A stretch of DNA of 64,000 nucleotides. Source: Hydrolagus colliei. Lineage: Eukaryota. Below are positions 14,324-27,647 of this stretch, in pieces; within the stretch, counting starts at the first letter, position 1, and every line of letters begins with the position of its first letter. Both the position numbers and the translations under genes were made by a program. A model generated the notes under the pieces. The model was given only the letters and a program-made list of their open reading frames with translations. It was not told where the DNA came from and did no database searches. The DNA is taken from assembly GCA_035084275.1 (NCBI GenBank), contig CM068742.1, positions 78,244,001 through 78,308,000 of the forward strand, read 5' to 3'.

Positions 14324-16653
14324 TTCACATTGGTCTGGTCAGGGTGCTTGTGAGTTTGCTGTGTGCAAATTGGCTGCTGTATTATCCTGAATAACACAGT
14401 CATTGCATTATGCAGTTTGTCTTGTGAAATGCTATGGGATGTCCTCCTGATGTGAAGGGTGCTATGCCAACTATAAGGATTATTATATTGTTATTAACAA
14501 AGAATTGAATAACCATCAGTTTTCTGAGAGTGACATCTCCAGTGATCCACTTATGTATTGGAACAGTTTGCTTGGTCTTAGTCAAATGGCAATTAAAGGA
14601 GCAACCCATTTTTTGAATTCACTTTGTTGATATCAGCTTCATATAGACCAGCATCATTCAGATTCCTCTGGACAATGGAGGGATTGAAACAGACGTAGAT
14701 GTGAAGCAAGCATTCGGTAACCAAAACTTCTTGTGGTCCTTGGATGTGAACATTAATTAAACCCTCTGAGATGACAAACGTTTCTTCCAGATGTTTTTAT
14801 GTAGCAAGCATGACAACTATAGCCGCATGACATGTAGATATGTTATAAAGTATTAATGATAAATCACTGAACAATTATGGAAGCCTTGCTCTGGCAAGAC
14901 TATCTGAGTGGTTAGATGCATCTGTTTAATCTGTATCTCTCACTGGACGATCTGTTCTACTGAGAAGATCAAATAATAGCATTAATTTAAAAGAAAATTA
15001 GTGTTATTGTGTAAAAAGAAGCAAGGATCAAAGCACATTGAGTTTTCTTTGGAACAATATTTGCATTTGGGCTTGATAATGCATTCCATGCAGTTATCCT
15101 ACAGTGAAAAAGTGAAGAAAGATCGACAAACCATGGCAGTGGTTCCTTTTTAAAGCTAACCTTGAAAGAAGCGAGTAGTAATGTTTTTTTTTAATCAATA
15201 ACATGACTCAAGTTAGGGTAGAAAATAAATAAACAGAAATCAGAAAGACTTCCAATTTCCCAACCAGTCAGTAAATTGACTGGAATCATTAATAATTGAT
15301 TCCATGTAGACACAGGTTGTACGCCAAATAACCTCAAACACAAGGAAACAAATAATGTTTCTCTCGCTTTACTTAATTCACAACAGCTACCTGAATGAGC
15401 GTCTGAGATTGTGGGCTCTGTCTGTTCTGGTTCTAATGAACTTGGCATTCTAACCTAGCACACAAAGATTGTGTTACTTTTAAAAACAAAGTTAAAATAT
15501 GATTGTTTTAAATAAAGTAACGCATTAAATGAAGAGAATCAGAGGCCATCAAAAGGAAGCAATGAAAATAATTGGACTGTTATGATCAAAGTACAATGTA
15601 TGTTCTCAACAATAACAGTTTGCACAAGCAACAGACCTGGGTTCAATTCCCAGCAGCGAGAAACCATGGGCAAGTTTCCTTTCCCCACTTAAAAAAAAGA
15701 AATTCTTCACTTCAATCCACTGCTGTGTGCATTTGGCTGCACTTTACAGGATATTCTGTGAACCACTTTGAGACGTCTGGAGGATGTGAAAACGCTGCAT
15801 CAAATGTAAGGATTATTATTGTTATTATTCTCAAATGCTTCTCAATTTAGGAGGGCATACTAAAGTGCTTCACCAAGCTGACCAAGCACTGAGCAACCAG
15901 TTGGGGAAGTTAACCGAAAGTGCAGAGAAAAAGGGTTGAACACAGGCGATGGTTCGTTCTCAATTTATGAGAAAACTAGCACATTTTGTTCTTGTGTTCA
16001 AAGGCCTCCTATATTTATTGGATTGCACACTCCAACCCATTCATACAATGCAGCAAGTTCTTCTGGGAGTGCACAACTATCTGACTCTCCAACCAATCAG
16101 TAAATTTGAGAGCAGGGTTAAGTAGTTTGGGTTTCAGCTTTTAAGAGTCTAAAATATAATTGCTCTGGAACTGAATTTCACACGTTAAAACTGTAGTCCA
16201 TGTAATGTAACTCGATCCAAATCAAGAGTGTGTTAAGTAAATTTATTTATTTGTCAATCCAAACATTCAATAATCCACCTGCCACTCTAGATCACAACCC
16301 TTTTCCCATTCCCAGTGTCGTTTTGTACTTCCCGCCCTTCTTCTTACTGGCTCTTTTGTTAATTGTCAATTTACAGTCAAAGTAGCCGTTGTTCTTATTA
16401 AAGCTCCATAGCAACACATCAAAAGTTTATACAAGAATAATAATAAGAATAATCTTTGCATTTGATATAATGCTTTTCACATCTTCTAGACATCTCAAAT
16501 TTAGAAATTTGGATAGTGATAAACTCCAGGGCTAAGAATCCAATGTTCTTGATTTAGCTTCACAGGTTTCTTTGAAGGTTTGATATGTGGGTGTCTGAGA
16601 AGCTGAATCATGATGTGATGTAATGCTCACTTTGTTTAGCAATGAGCTCACTA

Positions 16654-16743
16654 CCCTTGTAAAAAAGTACCACCATAACCATGGTACTATCATGGTACTA
16701 CCATAGTACTACCACCATTACCATGGTACTGTTTTTACAAGGG
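16654..16743. mobile_element. 90-bp MITE-like element
   Basis: Terminal inverted repeat CCCTTGTAAAAA / TTTTTACAAGGG around internal CCATGGTACTA-type repeats. Confidence 0.65.
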
Positions 16744-18659
16744 AACCCTTAAAGTGGTGGCAACCAATTCACTCTTAGAATTCATTTGAGAATCCATGCG
16801 TTTGGAGCACAAAGCAAATGGCTGAAGGGATGGTATGTGAATTGTCATTTAATTTCAAGTAAAATATTCAGAATAGACTAGGATTTCCAAGCTTCCCACA
16901 TTGTCTTAAATGTATTTTTTTAATTAATCTCCTTTCTATCAATTGTAATTTAAAATCTCATTTTAAAATCTGTGATAGAGATTCCTAATCTTATTGATTA
17001 AAATTGAGGAATGCCCCTGGTTTGTACAGAGGTGCCATTAATTATCCTATATGCGTGTTCTGGTACATCAGATGGACACTGGCACCCCACTCAGTCTGTA
17101 TTCAGTTGACCCTCTGGGTATACCAGTGTATGTGCTATGAGCTGCAGAGTAAGGCCAGGACACACGGCATATAAACAACAACAATTTATTGCTCCTTTCA
17201 TGGCATATCTAAGTGCTTTACAGAGATGGAGTGGGAGGGAGCCAGAGCAAAGTGGGAGATAGGCCAAAGACATAGTCAAAGAATGGTTTTAGGAAGAGAT
17301 TTTTCAAGCAGAGAAAAAGAACCAGCCGGAAGAAACAGAACAAGGGAGGGAGAGAAACAATCTAAACTAATACTGAGAGGAGAGGAGGAAGACAATGGTA
17401 TGACAGAGGGATTAATCGATGAAGCGGAAGGAAATTAATCAGACGATACAGACAGCACAAGGAGGAAGGGTGTCAGATCAGAAAGAGTGGCTGCAAATAC
17501 AGGAATCAAATCAAAGTAAACGTGGCTGGTGAACGACCAAGAAAGGGTTAAATTACTATTAATGTGTCAAAGCAATCCTAGCAGTAGGACCTTCACACAA
17601 ATAGCACACAATGCTGTCACACCCACACATACAATATAAATAAAAACAGGGCATAAGAATCAAATTTGAATCTGCATAAATGCCCTCAAAAATGTCTGAA
17701 GGCATCATTCATTACAGAATGATCTATAACTGTAATTGCTAATACGTGCAAGCAACACCTAGAGAAGGCATAATTAAGCGAATGTTTTTCAATAAAAGCT
17801 AAAGCATTAAACATTCATGGTTTGCACCCTCCTGGGGGCTGGCTTGGTTATATGCATTCCTTCTTCATCCCAACTACAAACTCAGATTTTCTGAATCCTG
17901 CATTAGAAAGGAAAGGACTAGGCACAAATCAGAATCACACAATGGAGCTTGAAAAATGCCTTATATAGGAAACCCCTACAGATTATGAACCTATATAAAA
18001 TTATACATCCAAGCAGTGCATTGTTCCCTGAATGATTCAAAGTCACAGGTGATTAAAGCCGCTCCTTCCACGACTGAATGATCACGTTAACCACATACAG
18101 CAGCAAAGGAAAACATGGGCATATTCCATTGATAAAATGGAAATTAGTTGTTTGAAAAAAGAGAAACATTTGGAGTTTGAATAAGTATTTCATAATATTG
18201 TACATTAGTGAGCTGCTGTGTCGCTAATGCATAACAGTCTATCATATTATTGCAGCAATTGCATAGAGCCGACAAAATACAAACTGTTCACAGCACATAA
18301 TTAAGCATAAATCAAAAACATTTTTAAACACAAATCACGAACTACTTAAATATTTGCTCCTCTACAACGTCTACCTGCAGGTTCCTTCCTTGAGCTAATA
18401 TTTTATACACACAGATTATCAAGTCAATTATCTGCTATTTAATTTATTAAGTGGGGACTCCTTCCAAAGCCTGAGAGTACATCACTCACCCCACTCTGAC
18501 TTGAGAGAACTTCACTGTGAAAGCAGATTGAGTTGAAGGGATGTTCTGAAGTGACAGCATCAAACACTTCTGAATTTCATAATTAAAAAATCTGTTAGGA
18601 AATATTACATGTTCGACACATTTCTGTTTTAATAACACAAGATCCACTAAACTATAAAG

Positions 18660-19580
18660 TAATATTGAAATAAAAACAGAAGTTGCTGGGGAAACGCAGC
18701 AGGTCAGGCAGCATCCTTGGAGAAAGGAAAAAGAGTCAACATTTCGGGTCTAGAACCCTTCGTCAGAACTGGGGCTTGTTTGTATGGAGAGGTTTTTAAG
18801 GACATTAAAGGGGGAGAGGCAGAACATGGAAGACAAAGGAGACAAAGAAGACAAAGGAAAAGGAAAAAAGAGCGAACTGATGGGTTGAATATGTATTAAC
18901 AACTTCAGGGGGAGAAACAGAAGGGAGTGGGGAGGGAAAAGGTGTGTGGGGGGGGAAGCTCTTGTGGCCTGAAATGGCTGAAATCAATGTTGAGTCCAGA
19001 CGGCTGTAGTGTCCCCAGTAGCTGGATGAGGTGCTGTTCCTCAAGCTTTCTCTGTGGGTCACTGGAACAGCACAGGAGACCATGGATCGAAAGATCAGCC
19101 TCTGAATGCGAGCACAAGTTAAAATGGAGGGAGACTAGAAGATCAGGGTTGACCTTCCGTACAGAGCGAAGATGCTCTGCAAATCAGTCTCCCAATCTGC
19201 GCTTATTCTCCCCAATGTAGAGGAGACCACACCGTGAGCAGCGTATGCAGTATACTACATTGGTGGTAGTACATGTGAACCATTGTCTCACATGGAAGCT
19301 GTGTTTTAGTCCCTGGAGAGTGGTTTGGGTGGAGGTGAAAGGACAGGTATTACATCTTCTGTACTGGCACGGGAAGGTACCAGAGGAAGGAGAGCAGCTG
19401 GTGGTGCTAACAGTGGAGTGGACCAAAGGATCCCGGAGGGAACGGTCCCTTCGGAATGCGAAGAGGGGAGGGAAATATATCCTTGGTGGATGGGTCACGT
19501 TGCAGGTGACGGAAGTTTCTATGGATGATGTGTTGAATAGTGAGGCTGGTAGGGTGGTAAGTGAGGACCAAGTAAAGTAA
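18660..19580 (-). mobile_element. Penelope-like retroelement 3' fragment (GIY-YIG endonuclease plus 3' terminal region)
   Basis: ORF 19184-19603 contains CQYRRCNTC...FTCTTTNVVYCIRCSRCGLLYIGENKRRLGD. It continues in frame past a TGA into FAEHLRSV...HFN...EEQHLI..LGTLQPSGLN (ORF 18905-19117), the typical PLE GIY-YIG C-terminus. Confidence 0.88.
18734..18770 (-). ncRNA. Minimal type-I hammerhead ribozyme motif of the Penelope-like element
   Basis: The minus strand reads AGUU-CUGACGA-A-GGGU-UCUAG-ACCC-GAAA-UGUU-GACU. This gives the core CUGANGA and GAAA, stem II GGGU/ACCC, stem I AGUU/GACU, a vestigial stem III, and a predicted GUU cleavage triplet. Confidence 0.65.
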
Positions 19581-20664
19581 TATTGAATACTGCTTTTCTT
19601 CATGTTTATTTTATTTCCCAGCTCTGTTCCTATCTCACACCAAATGCCACAGCTACCCTAATTTGTGCTTTGTTACTTCCTGACCTTGACTTCTGAGAAG
19701 GCACCCCTTCTGGTCTCCCCAGTTCTACCATCCATAAACTCTAGATGATAGAAAGCTCCACCTGCCCACCCCATGGCTCTCCCCTTAGGCCTCCCTATCT
19801 CTGTAATTTTCTGCTTGGCCCTTCCAATTAACCCACTGTACATTCCCCACCCCACCATCAATGGCTGAGCCTTCAGTATCTACATCTTGAACTTCTGGAA
19901 CTCTCTGCTTTTGTATCTCCATCTGCCTTTCAATCTCACCTAAAACAACATTGTATTGGACACATGTGGTCACTTCTCCACTGCAATCTTTCCCTCCAAC
20001 TTGGTTAGCATCCATCTCTGCTCTGAGATGGTTTTCCAATGAAGGGTGCTAGATAAATGCAAGTTGTTGTTCTGCTTGTAATAATCCTCCTGGGGTGGAG
20101 TGTGAGAAGAGACAAGCAAGGCCTGAAGCTGGCTCTACGGTGATGTGTTTGGCAACAAAATGTTAGAATTGAGTCAAGCCCTGTGACGGTCTCAGTAATT
20201 TGGTTTGTGAGCTAGCTAGGTCCATATGTCAGACTGGCTAGACTGGCTACGTCATTGATAGGACTTGGAGAGATTCTGCCACCTTGGCTCCCATTAATCC
20301 AGCAAGATGAAACCGTATTGTGGAGAGTGGTCCTAGTTGGGCAAGCAATGGAAATCTTGTCAAGACGGTGCTTTCACTGGTAAGCTCTTTGATTTTAGTT
20401 GGTTAAAGTCCAATAGTACTCTATCGCACGCTATGTGGTTCCCAAGCCTTGGCTCTTGCCTAATACTCTCGGCTCAGGCACAAGATAGTCATGATGCTTT
20501 TCTCCGGCAATTTTAGTCCATCACGGGAATTTCCATGTGTAGGTGGGCTGCATGGAACACTCAGTTAGGTTTGGATGCTGATAAGCTTGGTGATGGGTTT
20601 GGTTGATGAAATAAGAATTTTTGTAATATTATTCTCATATCAAGGTATGAAACATAATATAAAT

Positions 20665-21458
20665 TAGAAGTGTGAGGTGATATGCTTTGGGAGAAGAAAT
20701 GAAGGGAGGCAATGTAGGCTAGATAGTACAATTTTAATGGGTGTAAAGGAACAGAGAGATCTGGGATTTGTGTTAGTGACTCTTTGAAAGTGGCAGGGCA
20801 GGTAGACAAAGCCGTTAAGAAGGCATATGGGATGTTAGGCTTTATAAATAGGGGTATAGAATACAAAAGTCAGGAAGTGCCGATTAACCTCTATAAGACT
20901 TTGGTTAGGCCTCAGCTGGAGTGCTGTGTACAATTCACACTTTAGGAAGGATATTAAGGCATTGGAAAGGGTGCAGAGGAGATTTACTAGGATGGTACAA
21001 GGACTGAGGGACTTCAGATACGAGGAAAGGCTAGGTAGGCTAGGCTTATTCTCTCTAGAATAAAGAAAATTGAGAGGAGACCTAATAGAGGTTTATAAGA
21101 TTATGAGAGGTTTCGACAGGGTGAATAGGGAAAGACTGTTTCCACTGGTGGCTGAATCAGTGACTCGTGGTCACAGATTTAAAATAGTTTCAAAATGAAG
21201 CAGAGGGGAGCTGAGGAGAAATGTTTTCACTCAGCAGGTTGTTCGAATCTGGAATGCATTGCCTGAAAAGATGGTGGAGGCAGATTCCATAACAGCTTTT
21301 AAAAGGGAACTAGATCTTTATTTAGGAAGAGCAGGTCTGTTAGGTTATGGGGAGAAAGGTGGACAGTGGGATTAAGTTGCTCTGTTCAAAGAGCCGGCAC
21401 AGACTAGATGGGCCGAATGGCCTCCTTTTGTGCCGTATCATTCTATGATTCTATGATA
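20665..21458 (+). mobile_element. CR1 LINE 3' fragment
   Basis: Degenerate ORF2 C-terminus ([34 protein letters not shown]) followed by the 3' UTR GGGCCGAATGGCCTC and an (ATTCTATG)n tail. Confidence 0.9.
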
Positions 21459-24164
21459 CTTCATTACTGTTTAGAATAACTGCTGTGCAATGCTGGGCAA
21501 CACATATAAATGGATCCTTATGTTTTCTATTAAGTGTAAAATTCTTATAAATGACAAAGATTAATTTGTAGAATGGAAATAGAATGCAGTGTAACACTGG
21601 TTAGTTTCTGCGCCGTAGATTTGACAGTACAATATTATAGTGCTGGAGGAATCATGGTTCTAATCTGGGCATTCTGTAATTGGTCACAATGTTCAATATA
21701 GCAGAGCCAAATGCTTGTGTGTAATTGCATTTTTTTTTCAGCTCAGCAGAGCTGTGAGTGCTTTCTTAGTGCAGCAACCAGATGTAACGTTTAACAATTT
21801 TGCATTCCCAGACATGTCAGCTGCTTCAAGGATTTACTGGCTCTTTGTAAATGAGTAGAAATATTGTACAACATAAATTTTCAAATAATATAATTGCCTA
21901 TTACTTCACCTGTTGTTTATTTTCCTATCTTGATTCATGCTATGGACAGCACTGTTTTTATCTTGTGCACTTGTATTGCAATCTCTGATTTATTGTATGT
22001 GCCCAAGGATGGTTAGAATGATCACACACAATGCTTCCTTAAGTCATGGACTATATTTTGATTAGCAGCAAATCTCTGTAACCACTGGAACCACAGTCAC
22101 ATCTGCTTAACCACACCCTCTGCTTACTGCTTGCTGAGACACAGTGCTTTCTGTATTGTGAAAGATGAAGCAAATTTAAACTAAATTATGCACAGAGTGG
22201 AGAATTTCTATGGTACGATGATCAACACTTAACACTTCTCACCAGTAATTTTGGTTATCAACAGCTTCCCTTCATTTTCCATTAATTTGTATAACTTGTT
22301 TATTTTGAAGAATAGTCTCTCGTTGCTTTTACTCCTTTCCCATAAATATGTTCTAACTATATTTCTCTGTCTGTGCCAAGTTAGTGGGATGTTTCCAGGA
22401 ATGAGAGGATACAAGTGTCAAGCAAGACTGGATAAATTAGAGCTTTTTTCACTGGAAATGAGGTATTGGACTTTTAAATCATTAAAGGTTTTTGAATTGT
22501 GAAAGGATACCATAAGATTAATATAGATAAGATTAATATAAATTAATAATATAAGTCAATAAGGTTAATGTAAATCAATATTTTTTTGTTGTTGATGAAT
22601 CCATAACAAAGGGTCCAAAGCCCCTGATTGTCCAACGCCCTGGTATGTCTTTCTAATGTGAAAGGCGCAATATGAGTGTAATTTATTGTTGTATAAATAT
22701 ACAATAGCCACAACTGTTTGTAGGACACTGCTGTGCACAATTGGCTTCAGTATTTCACCCATAAATATAGTCAATTCACTTCACAGTATATTCTGTGAAG
22801 TGCTTTGAAACATGTTGAAGATGTGAAAAGTGCTCTATCAAATGCAAGGATTACTATTATTAATATTACTATTATTATTATCCAAAAGAGTTTAGAAGGT
22901 GGTTCTTTACAAAGAGAGTGGTGAGAATGTGGATGTAACTGCCAGAGCAGCAAGCACTAATACACTTAAGAGGAAGCTTGAGACATAAATCAGAAAGAAT
23001 GGAAATGAGGTGTGTAGAACAAGAATAGGGAGATGGGGATGAGGATTGTGTGGAATATAAACACCAGCATTGCTACTTTTTGTGTTGTGCAGACTATTTA
23101 ATTCTACATAAAACATTGAAGAGTAATTTCACAATTATCTTTTCTGGATAAGATAAATACATATCTCCTCAGGAAAAAAGTGTTCAGTACAGGACTTCAA
23201 ATGACTAGTAAGAGACATCTAATGGCTCTTATTATTGACATTCCACACTATTGAATGAGAAATTATTGATTTGCATATAACTGTGGAGCTCCCTACCTCC
23301 CTTAGCCTTCCTTTCATCTTCCAATTCACTTTCAAAACCCAAATGTAAAGCTCCCCTGATAGCTCCCATGAAGTACTATACAAAGCCATGCATGCAGCAG
23401 GTTTGATTCACAATCTATATTGGGTTAACCAACCTCAACTGGGGTAGCATTATTGCCTTCCAAACTTGTCTTGAAGCCAATTATTGACAACAATTTAAGT
23501 ACTTTTAAATCTGCATTCCTTCGGAGTCTCACTGCAATTTCAAGACTAATTCAAAATCATCCAAATCAGCAAGACTAAATCAGAATCACACTGAGAACCA
23601 CACAACCTTGAGTTCTGCAAATCACGGTTTGAAATAGATGAATATTTGACCATTCTAGCCTTATTTCTAAAAATTATGCCCAGAGGCAAAACAAGATGAA
23701 TAGATATAAAAGGAATATAATTAGACAATGGCATTTAAAAAAATCTATCTATCTGTTAATCTGAATGGCTAACATTCTCTGTTCCTTCTCGTTTGTTTTT
23801 TAAGGGCTAATACAGTACTTGCAAAATATTGAATGAAGTACCTGAATCTTATTTACTATCCTCATAATCTTGGCTGATGGTCTTGAGCAGGACTGAGACA
23901 CTATTGGTTTATAATAATCTTAGTACTGTATTTACATTTGATAGAGTACCTTTCATATCAAGGACACTTCTCAAAGCTTTTCACAGGATTTATTGTAAAG
24001 TGTAGTGACTGTGTGCTTTGTAGATGAGTGTGGCAGCCAATTTGCACACAGCAAGATCCCACAAACAGGGACATTGACTAGGAATGTTGACCAGCATATT
24101 GGAAGAAATCCCCCTACCTTTCCAAATGTCATGATATCTTTAATCTTTACATGGTGGTACACTT

Positions 24165-24460
24165 CCACATGTATGCGGATGACACCTAATTACTTTTCCA
24201 CCTCCATTTGTGACCCCCAGTCCCCTGATGTTCTGTCAGCCTGTCTGTCAGACATCAAGAGCTGGATGAGCACAATTTTCCTTTAGCTCAATGTTGACAA
24301 GACGGAAGCCATACTCTTTAGCTCTCATCGACATCTTCAATCTCATCGCTCTCACCTCCTCCACCTACCCGGCCTGCCCCATAAACTCTCCGAACCAATA
24401 CGCAACTTAGGCATCAGGTTCAACCCACAATTATCCTTCCTCCCCCACACCCGGTCCCTC
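24165..24460 (+). mobile_element. L2 RT fragment
   Basis: Encodes FHMYADDT and CLSDIKSWM..FL*LNVDKTE-like remnants across disrupted frames. Confidence 0.75.
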
Positions 24461-26650
24461 AACATCACTTTGATGTTTCAAAGTGATACAGTGCTATATG
24501 AATACAATTCTCCTTCTTCATGATGATTGTGAGTCTTGAGCTCCACACATCAGTTCACATAGCTGTGAAGTCTTGCTCACAAATCTCAAAATTGTTGCAA
24601 ACAACACAAACCATAATACAGCCATACCAAAAGGCAAGACTCCATCACAACCCTTACACACACATACAGAGACCAGCAGGCTTCTGCAAGCACACATTTC
24701 CCATTTTAATATTAAACTACTCTGAGAAACTTTGTTGCACTTTCTGTAGATATTGTGTAATGGAAGCAATGTCAGAAAGAACAAATCACTCATGTCACAC
24801 TGACATAAATCTGTCAGGCTGCCACCACTCAATGGTTTAATTACTGTAAGCCACCATTCCTCAACATGTATTATATGTCTATATGGAATTATAGCAACCG
24901 GTAAACACAGTGATCATTGCTACGGCAAGTACAATCAAATGGTCAGTCAGTGAGTTGCTATGGAAACAGGATGAACTCTACCTGACAAGATGCTTTCCAG
25001 GCATCTCTGAGCCTTCATTTTATAACTTTAGAAGAAAGCTTCTTCCGATGTGATAAAATGAAGTGCTGGGTGTTCACCAATAACCTAATGAATTATAATG
25101 CAGCTCTGATGTCTAAATGTACTTTTTTTTGCTAGATTCAATTATCAAAAAATCACTTTACATGAAAAAGTGGGAAAAAGCACACTTTCTGGAATCATTA
25201 AGGAAATTCTGGGAACACTCAGTTTGAAAAACACTTTGTTGTCTGTATTAATAAAATTGCAATGAGCAATGACACATTGCCTAAAATAATAAAGAGCATT
25301 TCACGGTTCTGAAGCAGCTTACTGGTCACTTGACCCCATTAACAATCAAAGAATCCCTCAACATAACTGACAAAGCAATGATTACTATTTTTATTCAGTA
25401 ATAAAATTCCATATAGACACATCGCATAATGTTGAGGAGTGGTAGCTTATGGTAATCAATCCATTTGATGTGTCAAAAAGAAGGGTATTTGTTAAGAGAC
25501 CAAAGTCATTGCATTTTAAATTACATTTCAGCCACAAGTAAGCTTTTTTTTATCTTCATTGAGTTATTTTACAATCATTTTAGAAGCACTTATTTGATTT
25601 TTAATACTGTACAATGAACTTACTTCAAGATGCTTAACCACAATGATGTCACCCCTTTAAATAAAAGAGTTTTTATTTTTGCATGAAGTTAGCCATTACG
25701 TGATTGTATTTTTCATATATTGCAACTGATCACATCAAAATACTTTGAGGTCCTTTACAAGTAATAACTATTGAGTGTAGTGACTATTTTTCTAGGCAAA
25801 CTAAGCAACAATTTGTGGTGGCAAGGTGCTACCTGCAGCCATGAGGTGAAAGATCAATTTATCTGGTGGAACAAACAGAAGCGATAAGGTGCAGCCAACA
25901 TTAATCAAAACACTTGCTGGCACTGCATCATAGTTTATAAACCAAAGAACTTGGTGAGCCAGTGTTAAATTCTATCTGCACACAGTTGAAACCTACAAGT
26001 GCGCACCAACAGCGTTTATGGAACAAATGGATTGGGAGATGGCATAGACTCACAATTGCATGGAACACTACATTCCCTGTCTTTCAGGATTTATTTTTGT
26101 GGAGAGAGGTATTGAGATTGTTCTTTGTTTGTTCTTTGAAATGGAAAATGGAATGGTGTTATGCAAGTTTTTTAAAAATAGATTTACAGTATTAATGGCA
26201 AGCCTGAAAACAAGTTGAAGGCAGAATGGATATTGCTTAATAGAAGCAGATGAAGGAAATGTTTTTCTTAATTTCCATCAATATGTTTTTATTGTAATCG
26301 TCAGCCTCCTTTAATTTGAGAACATTGACCCTTGTTCCACAGTGATAATAGCACATGCCAAGTGCTAAAGGGCAAAAGCCTCTAGCCAGGCATAAAAAAA
26401 CCACTGAATGAATGACACATACAACTCATTTTGCAGTTTTTTGCAACCAAATGCATTAAATATGTCTTATGTAAGGATTATGATAGTTCTTCATCAATCT
26501 TTTCCAAATACAAATCTGCAAATGAAATGCCCAAATATTATAACTGAAATCAGTTTTCAAGAAGATCTGGAAATTTACGAGTAAAATAAATGCATAGAAA
26601 TGTGTCTGTCACTAAATTGATATACTGTACTTAATGTTATATTAAACATT

Positions 26651-27647
26651 TGTTGGAAACTGATGGGTATGGTTAAAATGTATGGGCACCATCAACTGGA
26701 TGGTACCAGTTTATGACCCTTGGTTCAGGGAGTATGAGGTAAGTGCCATTTGGACACAAGGAAAAGCTTTGAAGCTAGGATTGGGAGAATGGAATGTGTG
26801 TCTAACGTCTTCGAGTTTAAATGAACAACTCTTGTAGGGATATTAGAGTTATGTAAACAAGACTCCCTCCTGTCCCAGGTTGGATAGGACAAAGAAAGGG
26901 GCGAATGATGGGACAGCCAGGAAGAATGTCAGCTAAGGAGGTTAGCATAAACAGAGTTGATTGGTACTAAGATAAGGAAGGTATACTATGCTTATGTTTC
27001 TCTGAAATTCCCATTAATATCATTAGTCGAGACAAAGAAAATGTTAGAACATCAGAGATGAGGGTAAGGTTTGGACTGGTCAAGAATCAGGAGGATTTCT
27101 GGGTGTAAAGATAGGAGAGAAAGAGTGGCTCATTACAACAATTGGGGAGTGTCTCAGGGTAAACCTATATCGCCAGCCTGCCACTGTTGTCCAGAACTAC
27201 TGGAACGGGTCATGGTTCCAGTTGTTTTGTTTTACAGGCAGAGACAGGTCAGTTAGAGAAGGAAAGTTAGAGGAAAGTTAGAAGGAGTGAGTATTGTGAG
27301 AAGCCTGAACCTGATTTATGGTGTAATAACTTGAATCCAGCATTGTATTCTACATAGAACTGGTAGTATGATTATTTACTCTTTCACATATGTTAGAAAA
27401 AACCTGTGTCTAATTGTTGAAGCCTTTGTGTATTGTATTGTTTGTGATACGTATATGTGTGTAAACCTCGAGTAAATATTAAAACGCGTTATATTCTGAC
27501 TTAGTGCCTGGCTGAATGGTTATTGAGAGATCTGAACACATTCTGAGACTCACCCAATAGGGTATCCTAACCAAGTAAGTGGTTGCAAACACTTATGAGG
27601 AGAGGTCCGTAGAACCAACCTTCTACAGGGGTGATCGATCTCTAACA
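26651..27647 (+). mobile_element. Candidate solo LTR (~1 kb)
   Basis: Begins TGTTGGA and ends TCTAACA (6/7 inverted match). The flanks CATT/AATT form an imperfect 4-bp TSD. AGTAAA/ATTAAA near 27470 could be the poly(A) signal. It is non-coding and unlike the surrounding SINE/LINE sequence. Confidence 0.45.

Larger units (their letters stand above)
10268..14340 (-). mobile_element. Ty3/Gypsy LTR retrotransposon, 5'-truncated (gag-pol plus 3' LTR)
   Basis: The minus-strand ORFs encode gag (LI*DRIVVG, two CCHC knuckles), protease (FKLDTGA), RT (LPFGISSAP, CHMDD), RNase H (TDAS, ETDHKPL) and integrase (HHCC, SDNGPQF, AERAV). The PR-RT-RH-IN order is Gypsy-type. No 5' LTR is present upstream of gag. 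Confidence 0.95.
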
